This document shows, one piece after another, positions 46,033 to 56,022 of a stretch of DNA of 64,000 nt (its first letter is position 1; each line of letters starts with the position of its first letter). A program made the translations under genes and the position numbers. A model generated the notes under the pieces. That model saw nothing but the letters and a program-made list of their open reading frames with translations, did no database searches and was not told where the DNA came from. This DNA is from an uncultured Gammaproteobacteria bacterium (GTDB lineage: Bacteria > Patescibacteriota > Patescibacteriia > SG8-24), in NCBI GenBank assembly GCA_964486995.1, contig CAZAOV010000001.1, forward strand, positions 15,697 to 79,696. Direction: 5' to 3'.

Positions 46033-46211
46033 ATGTTTCTAAAATTATTATTAGGTTAAATATTGCAGACCTGCCGTCCTTTCTCCCGTCATTCCCGCGA
46101 AAGCGGAAATGATGTGAAGGGCGACATTGGCATATGAATGAATATTACACATTCGTCACAAAAAAGCATGGTTTAAACGTGCCATGCTATATTTAACGGG
46201 TAATTATTCAT

Positions 46212-48200
46212 TTGTCTATGCAAACCAATACCATGCGTCACTCATATCAAATCATTGCGGCTGCAGCAGTAGTCGTGCTTATGTTCTTCTGGATGCCGAA
46301 CGCATATGCGCAGGTACCGGAATTTACCGATGAGCCATTTGACGCAACTGGCCTGTGCGTCGATGAGGGCTATGAAAGATACGAGACGCCCATCGAGTGC
46401 GAAGAGCGGTGCGATAATTGTGTCTTGGACGAAGACCAATGCTGGAGCTGTCAGAGTCAGCCCGAACCGGAAACAACGCCTGGTCTCTGGAAACGGTTCA
46501 CCAACTGGGTCGGCAGTTTTTTCAGCAGGGTCGTACAGTTCATTACCGGCAACGCACCGACCGAAGAACCGGATCCGAACCGTTCTGAACTAAACATTGC
46601 CTGGCGCACGGCTTCTGCGGCAGGCAAGAGCGTGCTCGGCTATCATCGCGGCGAGGGTCGCGGCAATGAAGAAGCCATAAACCAGCAAATCAAAGATGCC
46701 CTTGCTAATGCCGACTCCATACCGGACTTGCTGAAACTGCGCACTATTTTCATGATCTATTGTCAGGACAAGCACAACCAAAATTACAAATCCCAAGCCG
46801 CCTGCATGAATGATTTTATGGATGAATTTCGTAAGCGCGGCGATGTCCTAAAGGAACGGCTGTTGGCACAAATCGATTCCAGTGACGGCAGTGCCAAAAC
46901 GTACAAGAGGATTGTTGGCCTGCGCTCAATCCTAATGGCCGGCACGAACGCGAGCGGCGAGGGGTATTGGTTTTCGACCGACAATATCAAGAAGGTCATG
47001 GAAGCGTTGAAGGGCAAGATGAAGGAGTGGCTACAGGCAGCGCTAGTGCACAACGCTTCGCTCGAGAACATCCATACTTGGTATTACTTTGCCCAAGCTT
47101 ACACTAAGGCTGTCGTAAAGGAAGGCGACTCACCCGGCTCCGGCCTCATGGAAGGGTCTAATCCTTCGTTGTTGGTGCGGTATCGAGCGCGACGACTGGC
47201 CCTGCAAGAAATGATTAAGATCGACATCTGCAATCCCGACCCGGAGAAGCTCAAGAAGTTCCAGGAGCTGTTGAGCCAGCCGCCCGGCTGCAGAAAAATT
47301 CTCGGCAGTACGGTTGCCTGCGCTGATATAATGTCCGGCAAGCTTGAAGCGGCGTACGCTTATCTCTACGACATGGACGAAGGAGACGAAGCCAACGACA
47401 TGCCGCAGAACAAGGCGTCGGAACCGATTAAATGCGATAAGCAAAGCACAACGACCACCGCTGATACTTCCGACGATGAGCCCTTAGCCGTTCCAACCCC
47501 GCCGACCGAGGAGAGCGGTGATGATGTCGGCGCTTACGAGAGAGAGACACAAGCAACTGACTCGGACGGTAACCCGACACAAGGTGACCCACCGCCGGTC
47601 GGCGCCGACACGGAGGAAGGCACCGAACATACCGGGGCGGATTCAGGTGCTGCCTCCGGCAATCCCGAACCCGATTCAACCGAACCGCCCGGCGACACGG
47701 AATCCGACTCGACCCCCGCTTCCGGCGATTCCACCGATTCGACAGATGAACCAACCGAACCAAACGAGACCGATGACCCGACAGTCGAGCCGAACGGTAC
47801 GGGCACGCCTGACCCCTGCGAACTGCCTGAAAACCTTGATTCGCCCGAATGCATTACGGCCGGCGAACCGAACCCGGAGGAACCAACCGCGACTCCAGTC
47901 GTTCCGCCAGACCCAGAAGAACCCTACTCCATGTGCGATGTCGTCATAATCTCTGACCCGATCGTCGGCTGGGACTTCTATACCCAAGACTGCAATGCCG
48001 CCCGAGAAGACGTGATATTCGCCTTCACTTCATGTGGCTGGCAACCCCCTCTGGTCGTGGCCGACGATTCCGGCCCGGAAATCATGTGCTACGAAACGGC
48101 CGGCGGATTCATAGATTATCAATCTATAATTCCGTGCCATCCGATCCCCTGGCCAGACGAGCCCGTCGTTCAGTGTGTCGAGGAACACCTGATGATGTAA
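46212..48200 (+). CDS. Secreted Cys-rich protein with a long acidic Pro/Thr/Asp/Glu-rich low-complexity segment
   Basis: Signal peptide (AAVVVLMFFWMPNAYA); Cys clusters at both ends; a DSTEP/DSTD-type low-complexity stretch at 47500..47900. Confidence 0.5.
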   Translation: MSMQTNTMRHSYQIIAAAAVVVLMFFWMPNAYAQVPEFTDEPFDATGLCVDEGYERYETPIECEERCDNCVLDEDQCWSCQSQPEPETTPGLWKRFTNWVGSFFSRVVQFITGNAPTEEPDPNRSELNIAWRTASAAGKSVLGYHRGEGRGNEEAINQQIKDALANADSIPDLLKLRTIFMIYCQDKHNQNYKSQAACMNDFMDEFRKRGDVLKERLLAQIDSSDGSAKTYKRIVGLRSILMAGTNASGEGYWFSTDNIKKVMEALKGKMKEWLQAALVHNASLENIHTWYYFAQAYTKAVVKEGDSPGSGLMEGSNPSLLVRYRARRLALQEMIKIDICNPDPEKLKKFQELLSQPPGCRKILGSTVACADIMSGKLEAAYAYLYDMDEGDEANDMPQNKASEPIKCDKQSTTTTADTSDDEPLAVPTPPTEESGDDVGAYERETQATDSDGNPTQGDPPPVGADTEEGTEHTGADSGAASGNPEPDSTEPPGDTESDSTPASGDSTDSTDEPTEPNETDDPTVEPNGTGTPDPCELPENLDSPECITAGEPNPEEPTATPVVPPDPEEPYSMCDVVIISDPIVGWDFYTQDCNAAREDVIFAFTSCGWQPPLVVADDSGPEIMCYETAGGFIDYQSIIPCHPIPWPDEPVVQCVEEHLMM

Positions 48201-48203
48201 ACG

Positions 48204-48240
48204 AAAAACGGCTGAGCATAAACACGCTCGGCCGTTTTTT
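48204..48240 (+). terminator. Rho-independent terminator
   Basis: aaaacggctgagc...gctcggccgtttttt. Confidence 0.5.
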
Positions 48241-48459
48241 ATTTACTGATGTCAGCCAACGAATCGCCTTGTTATTTCCGCCGACCAGCTGCTTTTTCTG
48301 TTCGCTAACGGGCGCCTGCTACCGCTCTAAAACAGCATTAAGTTCATCGGGCGAGGATTGAAGTCTAGGATGCCAACCGGCTTGCCGCTACCAACGACGA
48401 TTCAAAAAATCTGCTCGGCTCGGAACCGGTGGGGACGCGAGCCGTTAGTGCTTACCCTA

Positions 48460-49179
48460 TTATTGCGCCAGATAGGACTTTAGCGTATAAATCCAGTCTT
48501 CCTCGCCCTGCGGATCGTCTATCTTTTTCATCAGCAGCCATTCCAGATAACTGCGGTCCTCTTTAAGCACGTCTTCCAGCAGCTTTCCGGCATGTTTGCC
48601 GAAATTGATACGCCGCATCAGCGACGGTCGCTTGGAAATCTCAATCATTTCCTTGTATATATCCGCATCCTTGCCGTACTCGATCCTCATCTTTTCCTCG
48701 AGACGACCAAACAGGCCTTCCAACACATCCACGTCTCCAGCCGCGTCGTGGGCGACCGCCTTGATATCCAACCCCAGATAATATCGCAGGTATTGAAGTG
48801 AATAGCGCGGTATCTTGGCTTCCATATCCAAGTGCCGCACCAGCTTTAAGGTACATATGACGTTCTTGGTCACTATACCCTCGCGCCGCAGCATGTCCGC
48901 GTCGAACGCGGCGTTATGCGCCACTAGCACCGCATCGTCTCTTTCCAACAGCTCACGCAAATTATTAAACATCTCGGAATCCTGAAACGCCGGTTTGTCG
49001 TCCACTATTTTTTGGGTGATGTGGTGAACTGCCATCGCATCAATCGTAATCGGCAACGGTGGCTTGAACAGCTCACACTTCATCTCACCCTCCGTTTTGT
49101 ATGCAACTTGGCACAGCCGATCCTGCGGCTTCACGCCAGTGGTTTCTGTATCTAGAAAAACTAATTTCATAATTATCAA
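48460..49179 (-). CDS. DEDDh 3'-5' exonuclease (DnaQ/RNase T-like) with a C-terminal extension
   Basis: ExoI VFLDTETTG, ExoII VAHNAAFDADML, ExoIII AVAHDAAGDVDVL. Confidence 0.75.
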   Translation of the reverse strand: MIIMKLVFLDTETTGVKPQDRLCQVAYKTEGEMKCELFKPPLPITIDAMAVHHITQKIVDDKPAFQDSEMFNNLRELLERDDAVLVAHNAAFDADMLRREGIVTKNVICTLKLVRHLDMEAKIPRYSLQYLRYYLGLDIKAVAHDAAGDVDVLEGLFGRLEEKMRIEYGKDADIYKEMIEISKRPSLMRRINFGKHAGKLLEDVLKEDRSYLEWLLMKKIDDPQGEEDWIYTLKSYLAQ

Positions 49180-49250
49180 GTCAAATTTATTATGAATATA
49201 GCATCATTGGCGAAAAACAAAAAAAGACAGCCGCCAAATTGTGTCCGCAA

Positions 49251-52200
49251 TCAGACTCTCACCTCGAACAAACCGTTCGGTACTTTGCCGCCACCGGCAT
49301 CAGTATAGACAAACGGACTGCGCGAGCCCCCACCGCGAAGTGTGACCACATCGCTTAATTTGTCAGAAACAGTCTCATCCTTGGAATGTGCGTTCACGCC
49401 CATTTTTTGCGCTTTTTTCTGCACAAAATTACCCATGGCTTCTTTTATCTTCGGATGCGAATTGCTGCTGTAAACGCGTTCCATAAACAGCGCCGGTTCG
49501 CCAGCGTCGTTTTCCAACATACGCACCACGGCTCGCGCCAAGATGTTCTTGTCCTCATCGTACATTTGAATAATCTTCACGCCCGGGTCGCTCAAATATG
49601 ACATCAACCCGACGTTCATCCCCATGGAACTTTTATAGCTCTGGCATGACGGCACCGGTTTCTCGCCAATCAACGCATGCACTGACACATCAACCTCGTC
49701 GGTCAAGATCAGCTTGGACTTAGAAATCCGTTCACCGCCAAACATGCTTTGATGCGCATTATGCAACAAATGTTCGATGCGTTCCAAATCCTGCGCAAAG
49801 TCAGGATTCTCGTCGTCGAATACGTCATGCATATCGCGGAAAACAACATCGAGCGGCAGGCGTTTCTTTTTGTCGTCAAACGCCAGTGATTTTGTTTCCA
49901 CGCCCTCCAGAGAGATGCGTCGCAACCTCGCGAGGTAAATCTGCGCCCGAGTTCTCTTGATTTCCGGGTTGTTCCCCGCCAGGTGTTCATTCACTTTTTG
50001 CTGCAATTCGTGGAACTCCGCTTTCTCTTCTTCCGGAACATCTTCGTATTTCAACCCTTTCTTCCTGGCCTTCTTTACGGCTTTGAAACGCGCTTTAAGC
50101 TCCTTTTGTCGCGCGGTCCACTCTTTGATTGGCTCGGTCAGGCGCTCGTATTTGGCTTTTAGAACTTCGTCATCGGGCGGAATTTCGTTCACATCAATAT
50201 GATGATCGGCCATCGCCTGAGACAGAATGTCGCGCACGCTGCTATGAACATCCTTGATGTCATAGCCGAGTGCCTCATCAAAACCAGCTTCATCATGTTC
50301 GAGCCAGGCACGATACTGTTCGGCCGACAGCTCGGTCGGCAACAACCCTTCTTGCCTGAGCCGATTCAATCGGCCCTCAGCCTGCTGTTCGTTCTCCGGC
50401 GATCCGCCCTCGCCCCACGCCCGCCAATCCTCATAGTCACCGGCCACCACATGTTCAATGAACTGCCTGAACGCATCTTCCATGTCGGCCCGTTTCCGAC
50501 AGGTTTGCCGATAATAAATCGACAATGCCGCAATCGCCTCACCGGTCAGGCCCTCAAACCGCACCTCGTTCTCCGACTTCAGCTCGAAAATATTCTGCAT
50601 GTGTTCGCTGATACGACCCATGAGTTTGTCGCGCAACTCTGACCAATCACCCTGCGCCAAATCATATTCTAAACCTTCATCCAGCTGATTATGCGCCACA
50701 AACTCCAGCATCTCTACCGCCTCCTTGCGCTGAGCCGATGACAAAGCAAATATCGCCGGAGCATTATCCTTAGCAAGCGGCATGACATCTAATATCGCCA
50801 CGCGATTCATCATATCCATGAATTGCTCGGGCGGATAAGCCTCTGACGGTTTCAACTGCTTGCCCTTTCGCTGCTGCTGAACCTTGGCAATGACCTCCAG
50901 CTCTTTGCGGTGCAGTTCATAGAACGCTTTACCCGATGCTATTTCCAGCATGGCATCATAATAGTCCTGTTCCAGCTCATCGGCCTGCTCGATGTGGTGA
51001 TAGGGATTTATTTCCGCCAGCTTATTTGTCACCTCGGCCGACAAATTAAGTTTGTGATAATACTGCCCGTATCGATTACCGGAAAACGCCACGCTCCGCG
51101 CTCTGGCCAAATAAAGTTTTTCTAATTCCTCATCTGGAACTTGTTCTCTGATATCCCTAAATTCCCGACTGGTATCAGTGAGCACCGCCGGATTCACCAC
51201 CGCATATTCAGCGATGTTCTCGCGCATCAAATCCTGCATTTCTAAATCATCCATGCCGGCGACACCTGCCTCGAAGACATAAAATTTATTCGCCTGACTC
51301 TCTTCGGTTATGGAATCACGCACCTCGTCAATCCATCGCAGACGTTTGCGCTCATGCTGCTCGGACAGCGACTCCTCGAGGCGCTCTTTTTTAATATCAT
51401 CAATTTTCTGCAGTGCCGCGCGCAAGTCATCCCGTAGTGTCTTTTTTTCGCTCATGGATACCAACTTGCTTTTCAGGCGGTCACGCAAGTATCTCACATT
51501 CTGCTCCTGTCTTTTTAGCCCCTCCTGCCACCATTCGAGGTGATTCTTGAAATCACTTTCCACCCCATGCAACTGCCTTAGCAGCTTTCCGTAGTAACGA
51601 GTTTGACCAGTTTCCGCCAGCCGTTCCATGAACTGCCGTCGCAGTCCAGGCAGCGCAATCATCTCTCTCATTATGCTTTCACTATCTAAAAAATCTTCGA
51701 TATCGACAGACCGAATTCGCTCTAACATGAGTCCGATGGTTTCTCGAGCTCCGATTAGCTCAATAACGGCTCTCAGTTTGTAAGCCAGGTCTGTTGCCGC
51801 CTCGAAAGCGCCGGGCTGTTCCAGCAAGACTCGTTTTATTTGTTCCTGATAGGGTTTAGCCGCTTCGCTCCCGATGAAATACTCAATAAAATTTAAATCA
51901 ACGGGAATCGTCAGCTGCCGCTCAAAAAAATCTTCTCGCTCCTGTTTGCTGTACACCTTTTTGAATGCCAAGCTGCCAAACAGGTGAGGCGACGCCTCGA
52001 TTGTCCGCCTAGCGGTGACCTGCAGGGTGTCACTGCTGATATCGAAAGTTTCACCGGATTTTTCTTTCTGACGCAGTTGCTTTGTCAGGCGCGGATAGTG
52101 TTCAAGAAAATATGACGCGTCTTTTTGCATTTCCTCAACCAGCCGGTCAGCCGGAACAATATCGTGTTGAAGCGCATATTCGATGTTATACATCCATAGC

Positions 52201-53528
52201 GCCGGCTGATGCTTGGTGATTTGCCGCACCAGCCACTGCTGTTTGTCCGGCGACAGCACCGGCAACACCGAATCAATCTCCAGAATCAATTCACGTGCCA
52301 AATACGAACTCTGGCCCTCTTCAATTATGTGTCGGATGTGATGATCCAGAACTAGCTTTTCTAAATCAGGCGCGCCCTTGCGCTGGCGATTGAATTCGGC
52401 GATGCGTTGCAAATCCGTAAACCGATTCGAATTTAAGTAGCAACCTGAATTTCGATACAACTTTTTCATTAGTTCGGCTGCCTGTTGCTTGTCTGCACAC
52501 AACTCATCGATGTGATTCATCACCGGCACGCCGGATTCCACCATCTCGATGAACAGATCATCCTTATCGTTGAGATAATTTTCGTATAATTTGTAATTCT
52601 TCAGTATCGCCTCGGCGCGACGTTCGTTAGCGATATCTTTAAGTTTAGCCAGTCTTCGTGCCAGTGAGCGGCTGGCAACGGCGGATTGGTGTACCCATCT
52701 CACGTCGTCTTTTTTTACCCCCTCTCGCCTGACCAGCTCGTCCATCACGTCTTTTTCTTCGGCCTGATCTTCGTCGGTCAGAAAAAATTCGCCCCGAGAA
52801 TAAACCAGCCCATGGGAACTGGTCTGCCCAAGCATTTTTTCTAACATCTTGTCGGTAACCAAATCCGCTTCCTGCAATTTATCTAAATATTGCAGTACCA
52901 CGGTCGGCATGGTTTCTAGCGTTGCGATCATCAGCTCTTTCGCGTCATGGGCTTCGGGGTGCTGCCGACTGTATTCGGTCATTACGTCAATCAACTCTTC
53001 TATACGGTCGTAACTGTTAAAGTGCGCTTCGCGCAGGGAATGGCTTTCTTCCTTGCCGTTCACTTCGACGGAAACGTGATGCTGATGCAGGTTGGTAAAC
53101 GGCACCACCATGAGCGCATGCTCGGAATCATTTTCGCGAAACTCCTGCAAAAAATCTTTTCGAACCGCAATCGGAATATCATACCAGCACTCATGAAAAG
53201 TACGCACTGCTGTGCCCGGTTCTATGAGCCGACCGAGGTAAACGCCCAGATCAGCCTTCTGCTCCAAATTCATCGCCCTGACCTTGTCGAGCAGTTCCTC
53301 ATCCCCGACCATGTTTTTGGCCAGCAGACCTTCAACGATCTGCAGCTGCTGACTCTCGTCGAACTGGTCGAACGAATTCTCGAACAGATCAAAAAGCGCG
53401 GCCATATCCTGCTCGGATGCCTGCCGCACGTCTAGCGCTCCGCCTTCACTTAACCTAGCCCAAACCTCCTGAGAGTCGGGCTTCCTGTCTATTTTATGCT
53501 CTGGTTTGTAGCCGCCTTCTCCTAGCAT
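49251..53528 (-). CDS. Giant (1425 aa) acidic, predicted mostly alpha-helical protein of unknown function
   Basis: An uninterrupted 4.3 kb ORF. No catalytic motif, TM helix or signal peptide recognised. Co-directional with, and 71 bp upstream of, the exonuclease gene. Confidence 0.6.
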   Translation of the reverse strand: MLGEGGYKPEHKIDRKPDSQEVWARLSEGGALDVRQASEQDMAALFDLFENSFDQFDESQQLQIVEGLLAKNMVGDEELLDKVRAMNLEQKADLGVYLGRLIEPGTAVRTFHECWYDIPIAVRKDFLQEFRENDSEHALMVVPFTNLHQHHVSVEVNGKEESHSLREAHFNSYDRIEELIDVMTEYSRQHPEAHDAKELMIATLETMPTVVLQYLDKLQEADLVTDKMLEKMLGQTSSHGLVYSRGEFFLTDEDQAEEKDVMDELVRREGVKKDDVRWVHQSAVASRSLARRLAKLKDIANERRAEAILKNYKLYENYLNDKDDLFIEMVESGVPVMNHIDELCADKQQAAELMKKLYRNSGCYLNSNRFTDLQRIAEFNRQRKGAPDLEKLVLDHHIRHIIEEGQSSYLARELILEIDSVLPVLSPDKQQWLVRQITKHQPALWMYNIEYALQHDIVPADRLVEEMQKDASYFLEHYPRLTKQLRQKEKSGETFDISSDTLQVTARRTIEASPHLFGSLAFKKVYSKQEREDFFERQLTIPVDLNFIEYFIGSEAAKPYQEQIKRVLLEQPGAFEAATDLAYKLRAVIELIGARETIGLMLERIRSVDIEDFLDSESIMREMIALPGLRRQFMERLAETGQTRYYGKLLRQLHGVESDFKNHLEWWQEGLKRQEQNVRYLRDRLKSKLVSMSEKKTLRDDLRAALQKIDDIKKERLEESLSEQHERKRLRWIDEVRDSITEESQANKFYVFEAGVAGMDDLEMQDLMRENIAEYAVVNPAVLTDTSREFRDIREQVPDEELEKLYLARARSVAFSGNRYGQYYHKLNLSAEVTNKLAEINPYHHIEQADELEQDYYDAMLEIASGKAFYELHRKELEVIAKVQQQRKGKQLKPSEAYPPEQFMDMMNRVAILDVMPLAKDNAPAIFALSSAQRKEAVEMLEFVAHNQLDEGLEYDLAQGDWSELRDKLMGRISEHMQNIFELKSENEVRFEGLTGEAIAALSIYYRQTCRKRADMEDAFRQFIEHVVAGDYEDWRAWGEGGSPENEQQAEGRLNRLRQEGLLPTELSAEQYRAWLEHDEAGFDEALGYDIKDVHSSVRDILSQAMADHHIDVNEIPPDDEVLKAKYERLTEPIKEWTARQKELKARFKAVKKARKKGLKYEDVPEEEKAEFHELQQKVNEHLAGNNPEIKRTRAQIYLARLRRISLEGVETKSLAFDDKKKRLPLDVVFRDMHDVFDDENPDFAQDLERIEHLLHNAHQSMFGGERISKSKLILTDEVDVSVHALIGEKPVPSCQSYKSSMGMNVGLMSYLSDPGVKIIQMYDEDKNILARAVVRMLENDAGEPALFMERVYSSNSHPKIKEAMGNFVQKKAQKMGVNAHSKDETVSDKLSDVVTLRGGGSRSPFVYTDAGGGKVPNGLFEVRV

Positions 53529-53602
53529 TGCGCAAAAAATCGGTAAATATGCCTTTATTTTAGCACGAAATTGGACCTAAGTAAATCTTACGATATCAAA
53601 AA

Positions 53603-53620
53603 ACCACCCGCGCGGGTGGT
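53603..53620 (-). terminator. Rho-independent terminator for the 53627..53974 gene
   Basis: Perfect palindrome accacccgcgcgggtggt, preceded by an A-run on the plus strand. Confidence 0.5.
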
Positions 53621-53626
53621 TATGTT

Positions 53627-53974
53627 TTATTCGTCGAGCAGACGAATATTCGAGCGAATACCGCGATAGGTGTTCATATACACCATCACCGTGGTGCCAC
53701 GTCCGTCGTAGTAATCAAGATTGTTGTGCCAGCGCTCATCGCACTTAACTACGATGGCGCGGTCGTTGTCGCCCCAGGTTTCGACGACCGTTCCGACGCG
53801 CCAGACATCGCCGCGCGTTCTGACTTCGACCCGCGTGCCTTTGGGAAAAATTTCCCAGCCAGTTTCTAAGGCATCGGTGCCGGGGTCGTCCCAATGCTCC
53901 CGACCGTTGGTCGCTTCGGCTAGCCGGTCGCGGTTGACGCTTTTTTTGACATGAGATGCTCCTTGTTTGCTCAA
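53627..53974 (-). CDS. Small hypothetical protein
   Basis: 115 aa; a possible SH3/Tudor-like beta-rich core (KGTRVEVRTRGDVWRVGTVVETWGD). Confidence 0.4.
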   Translation of the reverse strand: MSKQGASHVKKSVNRDRLAEATNGREHWDDPGTDALETGWEIFPKGTRVEVRTRGDVWRVGTVVETWGDNDRAIVVKCDERWHNNLDYYDGRGTTVMVYMNTYRGIRSNIRLLDE

Positions 53975-54106
53975 TTTCAGTCGCCAGCTGTTCGGAGTTG
54001 TTCAGCGCAACTTAATTTAACGCAAAATACCGATATGCGAAAGCGCGGGGGTGATACACCGGCTGGTGAATCTCGGCAAGGGGCGTAAGCAGGTCAAGGT
54101 GTAAAA

Positions 54107-54165
54107 AACCGTCAGACTTGTTTTAAGGGGGCGCATAGCGTCGCCTTAAAACAAGTCTGACGGTT
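54107..54165. repeat. Intergenic hairpin repeat element (family aaacYgtcagacttRttttaagg), full inverted-repeat copy
   Basis: aaccgtcagacttgttttaagg ... ccttaaaacaagtctgacggtt gives a 22-bp stem. Related copies at 23668..23690 and 40111..40162. Confidence 0.8.
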
Positions 54166-54619
54166 TTAGAAGATTCAGAAAGCTACGCATTAAGTATCTG
54201 GTCACCATCTACCCACCCAGGAACAACCGCCAGGATGTATTCCCGGACGACGAGGATTGCCTTCTCCTTCCGCAACATTTTAGCTTCCACGGCGGACGAG
54301 CGCAATTTCTTTTGCCACGCGGACTGCCTGATAGGCAACCACTAACACCTCGAGGCGGCGGGGACGAGTCAATCTCCGCCGCCGTACTCGAATACACGGG
54401 TACGAGCAGAGCGAGGCGGCTGACCGGCCGGGGCTGCAACATTCCCGAATCGGCCAGATTATCAAAAAGATGGGGGGGGCGTAACGCTAAAGATTAAAGA
54501 CACGGTCCCTAAATACCTAATCCTGTTTTAACATATCAAAAACGTCCGACTCAGCGTCGGACGTTTTTGGCAGGGGCTCGTGGACTATGTTAGAACCCTT
54601 GCGATGGAGGTGTAGGGCA

Positions 54620-54997
54620 TTAGTTTCCCGAAGTACCGTCGATACCGTCGGAACCGTCGCATTGACCGATTTGTGCTGCATGTTCTAGCTCCCTCTCGAG
54701 CTTTCGCGAGTTTCCGTGCTTCAGCATGCCCATATAGGAATTCAGTGCGGGCAAACTCGCACCACCGACAACCGACCTAAGCATCCTTCTTTTCGTTACG
54801 GTGCGCAGCACGCGATGGTCGGGGAAATGCACCCATCCGAGAAAGTCGATACCGGACGACAGCGTCTTGATGCACACCTTGTTCGGATGAAGTTCGAGCC
54901 GAAGATCTTCTCGCAACTTTATTTCAATCACCGGCAGGTGGTAGGTGCAGGTGTACGTGCAGTGGCTCTGGATCCTGTACAATCGTGCGTTCGACAC
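54620..54997 (-). pseudogene. Reverse transcriptase C-terminal fragment (thumb-region homology only): remnant of a retroelement
   Basis: LREDLRLELHPNKVCIKTLSSGIDFLGWVHFPDHRVLRTV matches the RT motif-7/thumb consensus (L..LgL.ln.eKT.i....g.dFLGy.v). No finger/palm motifs (no YxDD) upstream. Has its own RBS aaaggagg plus a GTG start. Confidence 0.45.
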
Positions 54998-55104
54998 TGT
55001 TATCACCTCCTTTCGCTGGGGGTGATTTCAGTTAACTGACCAACTCGCTACGCGTCAAACGCACACACCAGCTAAAGCTGGTGGTTTATTATCTGAATGG
55101 AAAA

Positions 55105-55132
55105 CGCCCCGCGCAAAGAATGCGCGGGGCGT
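55105..55132 (-). terminator. Rho-independent terminator for the 55176..55730 gene
   Basis: cgccccgcgcaaagaatgcgcggggcg, preceded by aaaa on the plus strand. Confidence 0.55.
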
Positions 55133-55175
55133 TGCCGAAGGGCTAAGAGCTAAGGCTCTAAGAAGGACAGAGGAA

Positions 55176-55730
55176 TCAAGTGCTGCTTGCTCGAACCGCC
55201 GCCGGGTAGTCCGAGTACCAGTCGTTGTCGAGCCAGTGGTAACTCCAGTCCCACCAGCCGCCGACCCAGTAGAGAGAGCGGACGCACAGAGTGCCGTCAG
55301 GGCGGCGGTAGATGGTACCCCAGAAGTACACCGCCTTACCCTTCCACCCCTCGGGAATGAGGTGCGGATGGACCAGCAGGTGGTCCAGCACGTTGGCGTT
55401 CAGGGCCGGCTCGTCGGCGATGATACTGCGAAGGCCATCACCTTTGACCCAACCGGCCTTCTGCTTCTCGGAAACGAAGAGGTCGATTCCGACCTTTGAA
55501 AGATCGAGGGAGCCGCCCTCGCGATGTTCGACGACCTCCCACCTGTCGGGGCAGAACGGCGCGGCATCGCAGTCGACTAGATGGTTCGAAAGGCAGATCG
55601 ACGCGACCATTCGGTCGATAATCTTAGTATCGGCGAGCATCGCCTCGCCTTGCTCTGGCGTGATTCTCTCCGCGATCTTGCCCATAAGGGCGTTATACTT
55701 ACCAGCTTTCCAGTCAAATAGGTTGGCCAT
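55176..55730 (-). CDS. Hypothetical protein with a Trp/Tyr/Asp-rich C-terminus
   Basis: 184 aa; C-terminal ...LYWVGGWWDWSYHWLDNDWYSDYPAAV; no family recognised. Confidence 0.45.
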   Translation of the reverse strand: MANLFDWKAGKYNALMGKIAERITPEQGEAMLADTKIIDRMVASICLSNHLVDCDAAPFCPDRWEVVEHREGGSLDLSKVGIDLFVSEKQKAGWVKGDGLRSIIADEPALNANVLDHLLVHPHLIPEGWKGKAVYFWGTIYRRPDGTLCVRSLYWVGGWWDWSYHWLDNDWYSDYPAAVRASST

Positions 55731-56022
55731 GGGTTACCCCATCCTTTCCTTGCCGTCGGTTCACGCGCACGGACGACCATCGTCCACAGGCGTTATCCCA
55801 TTGTACAAAACGGCGGTGCGAGGTCGAACGATCAACCACGCACAGCCATTTTCAACATGCACGAATTGGCAGGTACGACACTGAAATATAGCATTTTTTG
55901 CTGTTTTTGTCAACCTCAATACAGATGGACCACAAGTTATGCTTCTGCCGCCTTCAAAACAAAAAATTACTCTACATTAAGCGGAATTTTTTGGCAGGGG
56001 CTCGTGGACTATGCTAGAAACC

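Noticed and set aside
54561-54595. tRNA-like 3' ends at 54563 and 55988 (GAGCCCCTGCCA)
   Set aside because: The upstream sequence cannot form T-arm, anticodon or D-arms. Only the terminal ~12 nt resemble tRNA-Trp, so these are treated as direct repeats or possible att-site remnants, not tRNA genes.
54560-56020. Diversity-generating retroelement (TR/VR pair) hypothesis
   Set aside because: I could not find a pair of long near-identical repeats differing at adenines. The RT is only a thumb fragment. This is kept as a retroelement remnant only.
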